Assembly (NCBI GenBank): GCA_001804805.1
Contig: MHBH01000005.1
Location: forward strand, 124,618-188,617
Reading direction: 5' to 3'
Length of the DNA stretch: 64,000 nucleotides
Origin: Lentisphaerae bacterium GWF2_49_21
Lineage (GTDB): Bacteria; Verrucomicrobiota; Lentisphaeria; Victivallales; GWF2-50-93
Shown here: positions 19,705-29,799 of the stretch, piece by piece
Layout: each line of letters opens with the position of its first letter
How positions within the stretch are numbered: the first letter of the stretch is position 1
Notes under the pieces: model-generated
The model's database searches: none
The model's input: only the letters and a program-made list of their open reading frames with translations
Told to the model about the DNA's origin: nothing
Program-made: the position numbers and the translations under genes

Positions 19705-21069
19705 ATGCCATATCCGAAGGATTTCGTCTGGGGTGTCGCTTCCGCTTCGTTCCAGGTTGAGGGGGCTTCAGAGGAGGATGGGAAAGGCCTGTCGATCTGG
19801 GACATGTACTGCAGGACGCCAGGAAATGTCTTCCACGGACACACCGGCGATGTCGCCTGCGACCACTACCATCGACACAGGGAAGATGTAAAGCTGATGA
19901 AGGACCTTGGCGTCCAGGGTTACCGTTTCTCCCTGAGCTGGCCGAGGATAATTCCCGACGGCAACGGCAAGGTGAACAAGAAGGGGCTCGATTTCTACGA
20001 CCGTCTCGTCGATGAACTCCTCAAGGCGGGCATACAGCCGTGGGTGACCCTGTTCCACTGGGACTATCCCTACGAACTTTATATCAAGGGCGGATGGCTC
20101 AATCCTGACAGCCCTGACTGGTTCGCCAACTACACGAAGGTCGCTGTTGAAAAGCTTGGTGACAGGGTCGGACATTGGATGACTCTTAATGAACCGCTAT
20201 GCTTCATTGCCGGCGGACTCCTGCAGGGCTGGCACGCTCCCGGACTGAAGCTGCCTCTGCGCGAATGCGCATTGGCCGCCCACAATGTCCTTCTCTCCCA
20301 CGGAAAATCAGTCCAGACGATCCGCGCTCTTTCGAAGAAGCCGGTCAAGATAGGTTTTGCCCCGACCGGACAGCGTCCAGTGCCATATACTGATAAACCT
20401 GAAGACATCAGGGCTGCCGAGGAGGCTTTGAACAACGCCGCAGCTTCGCCTCTCATGTCAAACTCCTGGTGGATGGATCCGGTTTTTCTCGGAAAATATC
20501 CTGAAGACGGACTCGAGAGCGTGGGCAAGTTTGCGCCGAAGGTGAAATCGGGAGACATGAAGCTGATCTCATCGCCTGTAGACTTCTGCGGGATGAACAT
20601 TTATTCCGGCGAATATGTACGCAGAGGAAAGGACGGGAAGCCTGAATACGTGCTTCCGCCAGCCGGATACAACCGCACATCGCAGGACGACTGGTTCGTG
20701 AATCCACCATGTATGTACTGGGTTACCAAATGGTTCTACAAGAGATACAAGAAGCCGATCGTCATCACTGAGAACGGCCACCAGAACCTCGACTTCGTCC
20801 ACCTCGACGGCAAGGTGCATGACCCGCAGCGCATAGATTATCTGCACAGGTATCTGCTCGAACTGGAGAAGGCAATCGACGAAGGTGTGCCTGTCAATGG
20901 ATATTTCCAGTGGACCATCATGGACAATTTCGAGTGGGCGATGGGATACAAGGTCAGGGTAGGGCTTGTCTATACAGACTTCCAGACTCTGGATAGGATA
21001 CCCAAGGATTCATATTATTGGTATAAGAAGCTGATCGCGAGCAACGGGAAGACGCTCCACAAACCGTAA
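19705..21069 (+). CDS. GH1 beta-glucosidase
   Basis: FVWGVASASFQVEG, YRFSLSWPRI, TLFHWD, TLNEP acid/base, ITENG nucleophile, DNFEW. Confidence 0.96.
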   Translation: MPYPKDFVWGVASASFQVEGASEEDGKGLSIWDMYCRTPGNVFHGHTGDVACDHYHRHREDVKLMKDLGVQGYRFSLSWPRIIPDGNGKVNKKGLDFYDRLVDELLKAGIQPWVTLFHWDYPYELYIKGGWLNPDSPDWFANYTKVAVEKLGDRVGHWMTLNEPLCFIAGGLLQGWHAPGLKLPLRECALAAHNVLLSHGKSVQTIRALSKKPVKIGFAPTGQRPVPYTDKPEDIRAAEEALNNAAASPLMSNSWWMDPVFLGKYPEDGLESVGKFAPKVKSGDMKLISSPVDFCGMNIYSGEYVRRGKDGKPEYVLPPAGYNRTSQDDWFVNPPCMYWVTKWFYKRYKKPIVITENGHQNLDFVHLDGKVHDPQRIDYLHRYLLELEKAIDEGVPVNGYFQWTIMDNFEWAMGYKVRVGLVYTDFQTLDRIPKDSYYWYKKLIASNGKTLHKP

Positions 21070-21153
21070 ATTCCAAGTTCCAATGATCAAATTCCAAACA
21101 AGTTCCAATATTCAAACAAAAAGACAAACTAAGAACAGCCCTTACGGGCTTAA

Positions 21154-21282
21154 CTCCTTTGAAACTTGCCTCTGAAGTAGGTCGGGCTTTCCCTTGTCCC
21201 GCCGTAGCATCTTAGCGAAGGCGGAAGCCCGACAAGATGGCGGCCAGGAATGACCGCCCTACTTAACCGGTAAAAGTTTCTT
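21154..21282. mobile_element. 129-bp REP-doublet element, copy 1
   Basis: GAAACTT...GTAGGTCGGGCTT...GCCCTAC...AAGTTTC; reverse-complement identical to 62492-62620 by eye; flanked by inverted 7-mer tracts (21068-21116, 21283-21314). Confidence 0.85.
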
Positions 21283-21375
21283 TTGGAGCTTGGATGTTTG
21301 GAATCTGGAATTTGGGCTCCGGAGCATTAAAATATTGCGCAGTGAAAAGGCGATTCTAAAAAAAGGATTTCAATA

Positions 21376-22791
21376 ATGGGAAAGAACATAGACAGATATC
21401 TTGCGGAGGAGCCCAGGCCCTGGCTGAAGCGTCCTCTTGCGAAGATTCAGCCGGTACTTGCAAAGGAAGGCAACCCCAACATTGATGTTGCGAAACTCGC
21501 AAAAAAAATCGAGGGTAGCGGTGTCCTCAACGAGATGATCGCGATCAAGTCCCCTGAACACTGGTCGAATGTCATAAAGGGACTCGGAAAAGACGTCGAT
21601 GGAATTTTGCCTGTCAGTATTACCGCCTATCCGACCGAAATATGGAACTCACATCCGCAGCCGCTTGTCGAACGTAAGCTGCCTTTCATATTCTGGCCGC
21701 TCATCGACTATGACGAACCCGATTTCTGGAGATGGTCCGCGCGTGATTTCCTCCGTGCTCTCGGAATCGATGTGCACATCGCGAAGAATCAGCGGCAGGG
21801 AATTGCACTTCTCCGCGCACTGGCAATGAAAAGATTATTGGCCAACTCGAAGATAGTCGTCTTCGGAGAACAGAATTTCCCCTGGAACGCCAATGCCGCC
21901 GGACATCTGATCAAGAAGGGACTGGGAACGGAGATAATTGTCAGGCCTATAGAGGACATCCGGAAGCTCTACCGGAAATTTTCAGACAAGGATCTCGAGA
22001 AGCTTTGGAATGAACGCAAGGAGCGTTATGAAGGCGCATCAGTGAAGCCTGAAGATTTGAAGCAGGCATTGCGCACATATCTTGGAATTAAAACAATACT
22101 TGAGGAGGAAAAGGCGCTAGGGTTTGGAGTCAACTGTTTTGGCGACCTGATAACCAAAGGTGGACGAGATGTGCCGTGCCTTGCCCAGTCGCTTGTCCGC
22201 GAGGACGGCTACATCGCATCCTGCGACGGCGATTTCTGCGCCATGATGAGCATGGTGCTTGCAACGTATTTCCTCGACAAGACCTGCATGATGTCCAATA
22301 TGTATCCAGTATCATATGTCGGGGCGCTCAGAGATCATTTCGGAAATCCGCTTTCCCCAGCTCCTAAATATCCGAAGAAGGACTGGAAGAACATTGCGAG
22401 ACTCGCACACTGCGGATTCATCGGCGTTGTTTCTCCGGAGATGACTCCGTCAGGCAAGGCGGTGCTCAAGGACTGGGGTGGCACCTACGAGATCAAGCGT
22501 GACGGCAGAGGTTGCGGACTCGACAGCGATCTGAAAGGAAATCAGAAGATTACTGTCATAGAACTTAAGTTTGATGGCAAGACACTTCTGATCGCCGATG
22601 CGGAAGTCCTGGAGACGACACGCCACAAAGGGATGCCACACTGCGAATCTTCGGCACTCTTGAAATTCAGGGATCTCGAAGGATTCGTCGAGAACATTTC
22701 ACGCGAACATACCGCGATTGTCTATGGCGACCATGTTGAGGATATGAAGATACTTGGACAGGTTCTCGGTCTGGACTGCAAAGTGTTTTGA
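21376..22791 (+). CDS. L-fucose/L-arabinose isomerase-like sugar isomerase
   Basis: GVNCF, PCLAQS, SCDGD, LAHCG and C-terminal EHTAIVYGDH match the FucI/AraA-like fold pattern. Confidence 0.72.
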   Translation: MGKNIDRYLAEEPRPWLKRPLAKIQPVLAKEGNPNIDVAKLAKKIEGSGVLNEMIAIKSPEHWSNVIKGLGKDVDGILPVSITAYPTEIWNSHPQPLVERKLPFIFWPLIDYDEPDFWRWSARDFLRALGIDVHIAKNQRQGIALLRALAMKRLLANSKIVVFGEQNFPWNANAAGHLIKKGLGTEIIVRPIEDIRKLYRKFSDKDLEKLWNERKERYEGASVKPEDLKQALRTYLGIKTILEEEKALGFGVNCFGDLITKGGRDVPCLAQSLVREDGYIASCDGDFCAMMSMVLATYFLDKTCMMSNMYPVSYVGALRDHFGNPLSPAPKYPKKDWKNIARLAHCGFIGVVSPEMTPSGKAVLKDWGGTYEIKRDGRGCGLDSDLKGNQKITVIELKFDGKTLLIADAEVLETTRHKGMPHCESSALLKFRDLEGFVENISREHTAIVYGDHVEDMKILGQVLGLDCKVF

Positions 22792-22795
22792 TAAT

Positions 22796-22913
22796 GTAGC
22801 ACAGGCCTCTTGCCTGTGACAGGCCAGAGGCCTATTCTACACTCTTAAGAATGTAGAACAGGCGTCCCGCCTGTCCTTAATGAAACAAAAAACAGGCCAG
22901 AGGCCTGTTCTAC
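22796..22913. repeat. Cluster of two GTAG-type REP doublets
   Basis: GTAGCACAGGCCTCTTGCCTGTG..ACAGGCCAGAGGCCTATTCTAC, then GTAGAACAGGCGTCCCGCCTGT..ACAGGCCAGAGGCCTGTTCTAC. Confidence 0.85.
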
Positions 22914-22937
22914 ACTCTGATTTACCGGAGCGGAAAT

Positions 22938-23948
22938 CTATTTCAGCTCTGCAATTCCAATTCCGCTTTCCCCGGCAACCGAGTAAAGGAGATAGCGGCT
23001 CCCATCCTCCTCGAAGATCGCAGGATCCCGGAGCTGTCGGACTGAACCGATTATTTTGCCGTATTTTGAAGGCTTGACAGGTTTGTCTGTGCCCTCGTAC
23101 TTCTCTGTTGGCTCAAGCAAGAGCTGTGGTGCGGAGGGCTTCCATTTGAGCCAGTCTTGTTTCAGATTGATCTGCGACATGTATATCCTTTCAGGAGTGT
23201 CCTTCTCTCCGACAATCGTATATACCAGGTTCAGTGTATCAGCTTCCACCCAGAGTGCAGTATGGCGCACGCCTGGAAGATAACTGGGGCCTTTCTCAAA
23301 TCCCGACAGCCCGTCCTTGGACCGGTAGATCGTGCCGTCTATGTTGACATTCTTTGCGAATGCATAGTACCAATCGCCATACTTGAAAACGCGGAAATAG
23401 AAGGAACCGAGAACCTCAGGTCGCTCTGTGAAATCCAGTCCGTTCCTGGAAAGCGCCACGAAGGTTTCCTGTAGTCCTTTTCCCTCAGAGCGGTGGAAGT
23501 ACATCCGGATTTCCTTCTTTTCCATATCCACATGGACGTCAGGTGATGCCACGTGGCTCTTCGTGTCGGTTACTTTCAGGACACCACCTTTGTATATGGT
23601 CCAAGGTCCTGCCATCGCATCGGCGTAGGCCAGACGAATATGTTTTCCACCGTGATGTGCAAAGTAAAGATAGTATTTGCCAAGAGGCTTTTCGACCCAG
23701 TCCGGAACGCGTATGAGAGATGGGCCATTTATGTTTGCACCATCCTCGCCCTCGAGACCAGGCATGCCGGGACGGATGATCGGGTTCTCCTGGAATCGGA
23801 CAGCCTTGAAAGATGCTGGCATGATGGAATCTTTGGAATTTGCCTTCATAGTTTCCTTTCCAGTTTCTTCAGGAGCTGCCAGCGCTTGGATACTCCAAGC
23901 ACACATGAGAACAAAATATACTATGGTTCTTTTGATCTGCATCTTCAA
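22938..23948 (-). CDS. Secreted five-bladed beta-propeller glycoside hydrolase-like protein (GH43/32-like)
   Basis: Signal peptide; NINGPSLIRVPDW..YYLYFAHH, HVASPDV, QLRDPAIFEE..YLLYSVAGE. Confidence 0.75.
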   Translation of the reverse strand: MKMQIKRTIVYFVLMCAWSIQALAAPEETGKETMKANSKDSIMPASFKAVRFQENPIIRPGMPGLEGEDGANINGPSLIRVPDWVEKPLGKYYLYFAHHGGKHIRLAYADAMAGPWTIYKGGVLKVTDTKSHVASPDVHVDMEKKEIRMYFHRSEGKGLQETFVALSRNGLDFTERPEVLGSFYFRVFKYGDWYYAFAKNVNIDGTIYRSKDGLSGFEKGPSYLPGVRHTALWVEADTLNLVYTIVGEKDTPERIYMSQINLKQDWLKWKPSAPQLLLEPTEKYEGTDKPVKPSKYGKIIGSVRQLRDPAIFEEDGSRYLLYSVAGESGIGIAELK

Positions 23949-23960
23949 CCTCCTAATAAT

Positions 23961-24110
23961 GTAGCACAGGCGCCCTTCGACAGGCTCAGGACAGGTCCCG
24001 CCTGTGATTAATGAACAGGCCAGAGGCCCGTCCTACTTTCTTTAGAACGTGGTACAGGCGTCTCGCCTGTAATTATAAAGAAACAAAAACAGGCAAGATG
24101 CCTGTTCTAC
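23961..24110. repeat. Cluster of two GTAG-type REP doublets, the first with a 23-bp insert
   Basis: GTAGCACAGGCG|CCCTTCGACAGGCTCAGGACAGG|TCCCGCCTGTG ... ACAGGCAAGATGCCTGTTCTAC; same family as 22796-22913. Confidence 0.85.
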
Positions 24111-26038
24111 ATTCCAAAATGCCCCGTCACTGCCGCCAGAAGGAAATAGTAGTTGTCGGCAAGATAATTGTAGCCGCACGGATTTCCATCCTTCATCCGC
24201 CAGTCGATGCTCTTCATGTAGCCGGGCATCAGCCCTGAATGGGTTGGCTCGTTCTCGAATGTGTCCAGCATGGTGAAAAGGATCTTGTCGGCTTCCTTGC
24301 GAAGTCCGCAATTGTATAGCGCCTGGATGAAATGATATGCATTCTGTCCGCAGAGCCCGCCATTTTCGTAGCGTGGCCACTTGCCCATGAAATCCCAGTT
24401 GATCGTGTCTTCTGCGGCGACAGGTATGCATGGTCCGGGAATTCCATATTTGAAATCACCGAAGCCCATCTCATCAAGTTTCTTCAGGAGAATCCTCATG
24501 ACCTTGACAGCCTTCTTCTTAGGAACAAGCCCTTCGTTGATCGCCATTGCAGTTGCGAATGTGAACATGTAGTCGTGGACTTTTCCGTCACGGCTTATCC
24601 ATCCGGCATAGACACCGGTCTTCGGATTGAAGAATTTCCTGTCAAAGTTTTGTTTAAACTTTGACATGAAATTATTGATTTCCTCCAGGGCGTCGGAAAT
24701 CCTGAGTTCTTTCAAAAGAACAAAAAGCATACGCAATGACCGGTAACATATGAGATTGAAGTAGATGTCCTTGTGTCCGAAGGCGAAGTTGTCCCACCAG
24801 TTCCTGTTGCGTCCATGGACGTCATCAAAATAATTCCCGTGGAACGGTACCTCGATTATCCCGTCTCTGTCCTCATCGAGCTTCATTAGGAACCTTGCGG
24901 TTTTCACAGCACGGTCTATATATTTATCTGCGAATCTCGCATCCTTGTCATACTGATAGGAATTGCAGAAGGCGATAAGGATACTTGGCGTTGAATCGAT
25001 GAAGGAGGACATCTTCTGCTTCTTGCCGGGATTATCCTGGTACTCCCAGTTGATCTCGCCTGAGTTTGACTGGCATTTTTCAAAGCTGACCATAATGGCG
25101 CGCCTGAGGAAATCTTGGACCATTATGCCGGTTGAAAGGGCAGGCGTGTAGAGGAGAAGGTCGGACTTGAAGTGCATTGCAAGATGCGCAATTCCGCCTA
25201 GTGCGATATTGTCACCCATCGTAAGGGATTTCTTCTCCAGCGTGAAGGAGTTCATCCAGCATCGTTTCAATCCGTCCCATTTCGGGCTACTGAAGTCGCA
25301 GCCTTTGATCTGCGGATAATTCTCTTTTTCGACGGTGAGTGTCAGTGCGGCCTTCCTGATCTTTGATTTTGCGTGGAGCTTCAGCCTGACAGCTCCATGA
25401 TGATATGCGAACATCGCATTGTGATAGCCGTTGTTCTTGAAACCGAGACAGAGCCCTGACATTTCTTTAAGTTGGACGAATTCCTCGACGCAGATGACAT
25501 CCTTGTTGTCGCATTCTATCTTCAGCAGACCGTAATCAGGGAAATGAAGTAGCAAGGGAAGCTGGTAGTTATTCGTGATTTTGCCGTCCTGATCCGGCTT
25601 GTTGCCAAGTCCGGAATCCGACAGGATTGCGAAATCCGCAGGTTTGGCCCAGATTGTGGCAGGTGCAACGTCATTGCCGAAGGAGAATTCGAAGAAGTCA
25701 CCGGATAAATGTTTTTCAGTACAGAGCCTGATACTTATTCTTTTTTCGTTCTTGAGCAAGAACTGAAGGTTTCCGTGTAGGCCTGCTTTGGTACATGTAT
25801 ATTCTACACCTTGCCTGGAGGCTTTGGCAGAAAAACATTTATTAGCAAGCCCTTTCCATATTGTCGGCATGGCTCCAAGTCCAGGCTTGAGGAGGTTGTA
25901 GTCCATGTGCCGGCGCGTCCTGCCTCCGGACTCGATCCCCAGATGCGCGATCTTCGGAAACTTTGTCGAAAAGCTCGCTGCATAGAACCTGCTGTTGTAG
26001 CAGGCGTAATTGCCAATATCTGAATATCCTATTTTCAT
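24107..26038 (-). CDS. Six-hairpin glycosidase-like protein (GH78/GH63-like C-terminal barrel)
   Basis: D.DRDGIIE, NWWDNFAFGHKD.YFN, YENGG, YLADNY pattern of (alpha/alpha)6 enzymes. Confidence 0.7.
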   Translation of the reverse strand: MKIGYSDIGNYACYNSRFYAASFSTKFPKIAHLGIESGGRTRRHMDYNLLKPGLGAMPTIWKGLANKCFSAKASRQGVEYTCTKAGLHGNLQFLLKNEKRISIRLCTEKHLSGDFFEFSFGNDVAPATIWAKPADFAILSDSGLGNKPDQDGKITNNYQLPLLLHFPDYGLLKIECDNKDVICVEEFVQLKEMSGLCLGFKNNGYHNAMFAYHHGAVRLKLHAKSKIRKAALTLTVEKENYPQIKGCDFSSPKWDGLKRCWMNSFTLEKKSLTMGDNIALGGIAHLAMHFKSDLLLYTPALSTGIMVQDFLRRAIMVSFEKCQSNSGEINWEYQDNPGKKQKMSSFIDSTPSILIAFCNSYQYDKDARFADKYIDRAVKTARFLMKLDEDRDGIIEVPFHGNYFDDVHGRNRNWWDNFAFGHKDIYFNLICYRSLRMLFVLLKELRISDALEEINNFMSKFKQNFDRKFFNPKTGVYAGWISRDGKVHDYMFTFATAMAINEGLVPKKKAVKVMRILLKKLDEMGFGDFKYGIPGPCIPVAAEDTINWDFMGKWPRYENGGLCGQNAYHFIQALYNCGLRKEADKILFTMLDTFENEPTHSGLMPGYMKSIDWRMKDGNPCGYNYLADNYYFLLAAVTGHFGM

Positions 26039-26072
26039 GTGAATCCATGTTCTTGTTTTGGAGGTTCAGGAA

Positions 26073-26399
26073 TTACCAGATTTCACCGTTAAGGCAAAGA
26101 TTAAATTCTGTTTTTGTCTTAAATCTTTTGCCGGTGTCTGCACATATGTAGACGGGTTTTTTGCCAATATACCAACAGCCTTTGCCTTCTACGCCTGCCT
26201 GTTTGCAAATGGCGCAAATGCCGGGCCCAAAAAATTTTCTTTTTCCATGTGTCTTATGGCATTTCCAGCAGAAGAGTGAATCGCATGAGGTGCAGATCAA
26301 TTTAGCCTCTTTGCCACATCTGCAGCATTTTATCTTAGGCTCATCTGGATTTGGCTTTTGAGCTGTATTTGATACTTGAGGATTGTTCTCATTATTCAT
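26073..26399 (-). CDS. Small Cys-rich (zinc-finger-like) protein
   Basis: CCRC, CTSC, CWKC and CAIC pairs; AT-rich codons. Confidence 0.55.
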   Translation of the reverse strand: MNNENNPQVSNTAQKPNPDEPKIKCCRCGKEAKLICTSCDSLFCWKCHKTHGKRKFFGPGICAICKQAGVEGKGCWYIGKKPVYICADTGKRFKTKTEFNLCLNGEIW

Positions 26400-26469
26400 G
26401 AATATTGCTCCCGACATCAAAATTGCAGGCATAAGACTAGATCAATATAAAAGAACGTTATGCTTTTTC

Positions 26470-26505
26470 AACTGACAACTGACAACTGACGACTATCGAC
26501 TGACT
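26470..26505. repeat. 7-mer tandem repeat (ACTGACA-like x about 5)
   Basis: aactgacaactgacaactgacgactatcgactgact directly after the stop of the UROD-like gene. Confidence 0.75.
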
Positions 26506-27568
26506 ACAGTTCCCTCACCGCCTCATGCATCGCCTTGATATTCTCAAGAGGCACATCGGGATTGATAGTGTTGGACGTGAACATCACAAGAGATGCTTCG
26601 TCCTTGCATATCTCGATTGCGTGCCGGACCTTCTCCTTGATCTGGGCGGGGGTGCAGACTGGAAGTTCGGTTGTCACTGCGAGCGGGCCTAGGATTACTA
26701 GCTTCTCGCCGTCGCGTGTCCTTCGTTTTACGATCTCATCAAGCAACATTCCGCATTCAGGCTGGAATCCCTGGAAGCCCTTGATGCCGGAGTCAATAAG
26801 GAAATCCATGAGAAGCCTGATGTCGCCGTCTGAATGCCAGATCGGACGGCATCCAGCTTCAAGAAGTGGTTCAAGCCCGTATTTGAGCTGGGGAGCGTAA
26901 TATTCCTCCATGAAATCGACAGATATCATGGGGCCGCGTTGAGTGCAGATGTCCTCGCCAAGAAAGACTGCGTGCGGGAATATCCCGTCTTTGACCGCCT
27001 GTGCGATCAGCCGTGACTGGCAGCGTCCTCTCGCTCCGCCGATCTCCATGAGTTTTCGCGCATGATCAGGATAAAGTCCGATGATGCAGAAGTAATTCTC
27101 GTATCCGAAGTCGAAGAACCATGTGATTTTCGCTCCGGCGCTCCACTGAGCAGGCATCCAGAGCATGTCGCCGCATTTCTTCTGCATTGATATCAGTTCA
27201 TCGCGGAACTTCGCATAGGACTCATTGAAATTGAAGTCCGCCTCGATCTTTTCAGGCGACGGCATCGCATCGATGAATGCAACAGTATCCTCAAGGCTTT
27301 TTCCGCTGTCACTGTGTGCGTAGCTGTGCTGGTCGACAATGCGGTAGCTCCCGCGTTCCTTTGGGACGAGGATATTGGCGAGTCCATCAGTGCCGAGGAT
27401 CTCATATGCCCTTATGCTTACACCCTGAGGATCCTGCCAGTACTGATCCTCGGTGACGCCAGCCAGTTTCATTATGTGCTCCGGACAGGCGATCCATCCA
27501 CCGAGAATAGGTGTCCTGTCGGGTTTTTCCAGAGTGAACGCCGCTTCCAGTCTTTCCCTGTTATTCAT
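26504..27568 (-). CDS. Uroporphyrinogen decarboxylase/MtaA-CmuA family protein
   Basis: MNNRERL..A..LEKPDRTP, GEDICTQRGPMIS, WHSDGDI, FQPECGM, SNTINPDVPLENI. Confidence 0.88.
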   Translation of the reverse strand: MNNRERLEAAFTLEKPDRTPILGGWIACPEHIMKLAGVTEDQYWQDPQGVSIRAYEILGTDGLANILVPKERGSYRIVDQHSYAHSDSGKSLEDTVAFIDAMPSPEKIEADFNFNESYAKFRDELISMQKKCGDMLWMPAQWSAGAKITWFFDFGYENYFCIIGLYPDHARKLMEIGGARGRCQSRLIAQAVKDGIFPHAVFLGEDICTQRGPMISVDFMEEYYAPQLKYGLEPLLEAGCRPIWHSDGDIRLLMDFLIDSGIKGFQGFQPECGMLLDEIVKRRTRDGEKLVILGPLAVTTELPVCTPAQIKEKVRHAIEICKDEASLVMFTSNTINPDVPLENIKAMHEAVREL

Positions 27569-27753
27569 TATGTCCCTTTCACGGATAAGACATTTATTGT
27601 ATTGTAAGTAGGACGGGTTTTAACCCGTCAACTAAATCCTGACATATTTAAAATGGCAGACAATACAAGATTTGCAAAGTTTTATTTTTTCAAAACCGTG
27701 CTATAATACCTACTGGATTGGTAAACATTAATTTTTCATGGGAGGGCTGAAAA

Positions 27754-28185
27754 ATGAAAGCGCATGAAATCCTGAAGGAGAAGGGGAGCAAAGTCCACTG
27801 TATTTGCCCGGAGGCGACCATAATGGACGCTGTTTCGCTTCTGTGTGAACACAACATCGGAGCACTTGTTGTCACCGGTGAAAACTCAGCCGTGAAGGGA
27901 ATCGTCACCGAACGCGATGTGCTTAGAAATGTCGCCGCATGTGCAAACAACAGGATAAAGGTCAAGGATATAATGACGAAGGATGTCATTATAGGAATTC
28001 CCGATGATGAGATTGAAGCCCTGATGAAGACAATGACCAGTAAGAAAATACGCCATATTCCAATCATGGACAAGGGCAATCTTGCCGGAGTGATTTCCAT
28101 AGGCGACATCCTGAAAAGCCTCCACGACGAGAAAAGCACCAAGATCCGTTATCTTGAAAGCTATATTTCTGGCGGATACATGTGA
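27754..28185 (+). CDS. CBS-pair domain protein
   Basis: NIGALVV, GIVTERD, IRHIPI, GVISIGDILK. Confidence 0.92.
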   Translation: MKAHEILKEKGSKVHCICPEATIMDAVSLLCEHNIGALVVTGENSAVKGIVTERDVLRNVAACANNRIKVKDIMTKDVIIGIPDDEIEALMKTMTSKKIRHIPIMDKGNLAGVISIGDILKSLHDEKSTKIRYLESYISGGYM

Positions 28186-28212
28186 TTGCCGGATATGCCT
28201 GGCAAATGACAG

Positions 28213-29625
28213 ATGGAACATATGAGGTCGAAACTTACAATAGCAGCACTTGTCGTTTTACTGGTAATATTGCTGCTTTTTCTTTTCCGTCCTGGTGAGC
28301 CGCTAAACAGGCCAGTAGAGGAATCCACCAGTGGTGATAAGTCTTTGCGTGTGGCAAATATTTCAAACAAATCAAATTTTCGAATCCAAGCGGATGAGAA
28401 CGGAGAAGACAAAAGAATCATAGACATGTTTCTAGGTAATCCTGCGGCGGCCTCATGTTCGAGCGAATCCGCTTCGAGGACGAGGACCGCCCAGCTGAAC
28501 AGGGACGGGCTCGATGGACTTTCGCCGGGCGACGAACTTATGCTGAATCTTTTCGAGGATGCCTCATACGAAGCCATGATCAACGAGAGCTATACCGATG
28601 TTAATGGGGCGAAGGTGCTGACAGGAAGCATTGGCGGCGACAGTTCCGGAGGGAGCATGTATATTTCCACCTTCGAAGGGAAAACCGTTGCATTTGTCGA
28701 GGTTCCGTCCGATGACAAGATATTTTCAACTGGTACCGGCAATGGAATAGACTACTCTGTTTTCGAGCAGGACAAGAACAAGATGGACATAGTGAAGAAC
28801 GAGAGTGATGTATTGACGACGAAGAATATCAATCTTCCCAAGGAATTGCAGCCGCCAGACAATGCCGACTTTTTGTTTGCCCCGAATATTTCCACATCAT
28901 CAGAGGGCCGTTCTGTGGAAAGCATGATAGACGTCATGTTTGTCTATACGCGTTCAGCCAGTCTTTGGGCTGAAAACAATTACCAGGGGCCGATGGAGAA
29001 TCTCATGGCAATAGCGGTTGCGAGAGCCAATACCGTGCTTGCGAACAGCGGGATCCGGGCGAGGTTCAGGCTTGTCCATTCTCAGGAGATCAGTTACAAT
29101 GCGGCTGGTGAGAACAAAGGCAGTACGACAACTGATTTGGCGAACATAACCTTCAATGATACGATCATGGAAATGCGCAACAAGTATGGGGCCGATATTG
29201 TGACTTTGGTGACGGCATGCGAGGACACTGGCGGAATCGGATGGCTTTTCAACGGAAATTCTGCGTTCGCCTACAATGTGTGCCGTGTAAAGCAGCTTGC
29301 GAACTCATACACGTTCTCCCATGAATGCGGCCACACTCTCGGATGCGGGCATTCGAAGCTGCAGGCCGGGCGTGTAGCAGGTTATTTCACTTATTCGGCC
29401 GGATGGCAGTGGTCCGGAAAGGATGGAAAGGGATATCATACGGTAATGACTTATGACAGCAGCGCCAATCCGATAGTTGTCCCGTATTATTCCAATCCCT
29501 CATTGAAATACAAGGGTATTCCAATGGGAGATGCGAATGATGCGAACAACTCGCTTACGATCTTAATGCTGAAAGACAGGATATCCTCCTTCCGTGAGTC
29601 AATTGAAAGTCCGGAATTGCATTGA
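28213..29625 (+). CDS. Membrane-anchored M12 reprolysin-like zinc metallopeptidase
   Basis: N-terminal TM; IDVMFVYT, RNKYGADIV, HECGHTLGCGH zinc motif, Met-turn TVMTY, YYSNP. Confidence 0.9.
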   Translation: MEHMRSKLTIAALVVLLVILLLFLFRPGEPLNRPVEESTSGDKSLRVANISNKSNFRIQADENGEDKRIIDMFLGNPAAASCSSESASRTRTAQLNRDGLDGLSPGDELMLNLFEDASYEAMINESYTDVNGAKVLTGSIGGDSSGGSMYISTFEGKTVAFVEVPSDDKIFSTGTGNGIDYSVFEQDKNKMDIVKNESDVLTTKNINLPKELQPPDNADFLFAPNISTSSEGRSVESMIDVMFVYTRSASLWAENNYQGPMENLMAIAVARANTVLANSGIRARFRLVHSQEISYNAAGENKGSTTTDLANITFNDTIMEMRNKYGADIVTLVTACEDTGGIGWLFNGNSAFAYNVCRVKQLANSYTFSHECGHTLGCGHSKLQAGRVAGYFTYSAGWQWSGKDGKGYHTVMTYDSSANPIVVPYYSNPSLKYKGIPMGDANDANNSLTILMLKDRISSFRESIESPELH

Positions 29626-29799
29626 AGTTCAAGGGAGCCTCATTTTCCTGTACAGGCAGGCAGTATGACAGTGAATATAGTGCCGTTGTCGGCAACAGTG
29701 ATTTCCACATAAATTCCTGGCGCAAGCGCATGCTGATGATGGCCGTGGAAATGCGAGATGTTAGAGGATTATTCGGGATTCCTCATCCGCGGAGCCATA

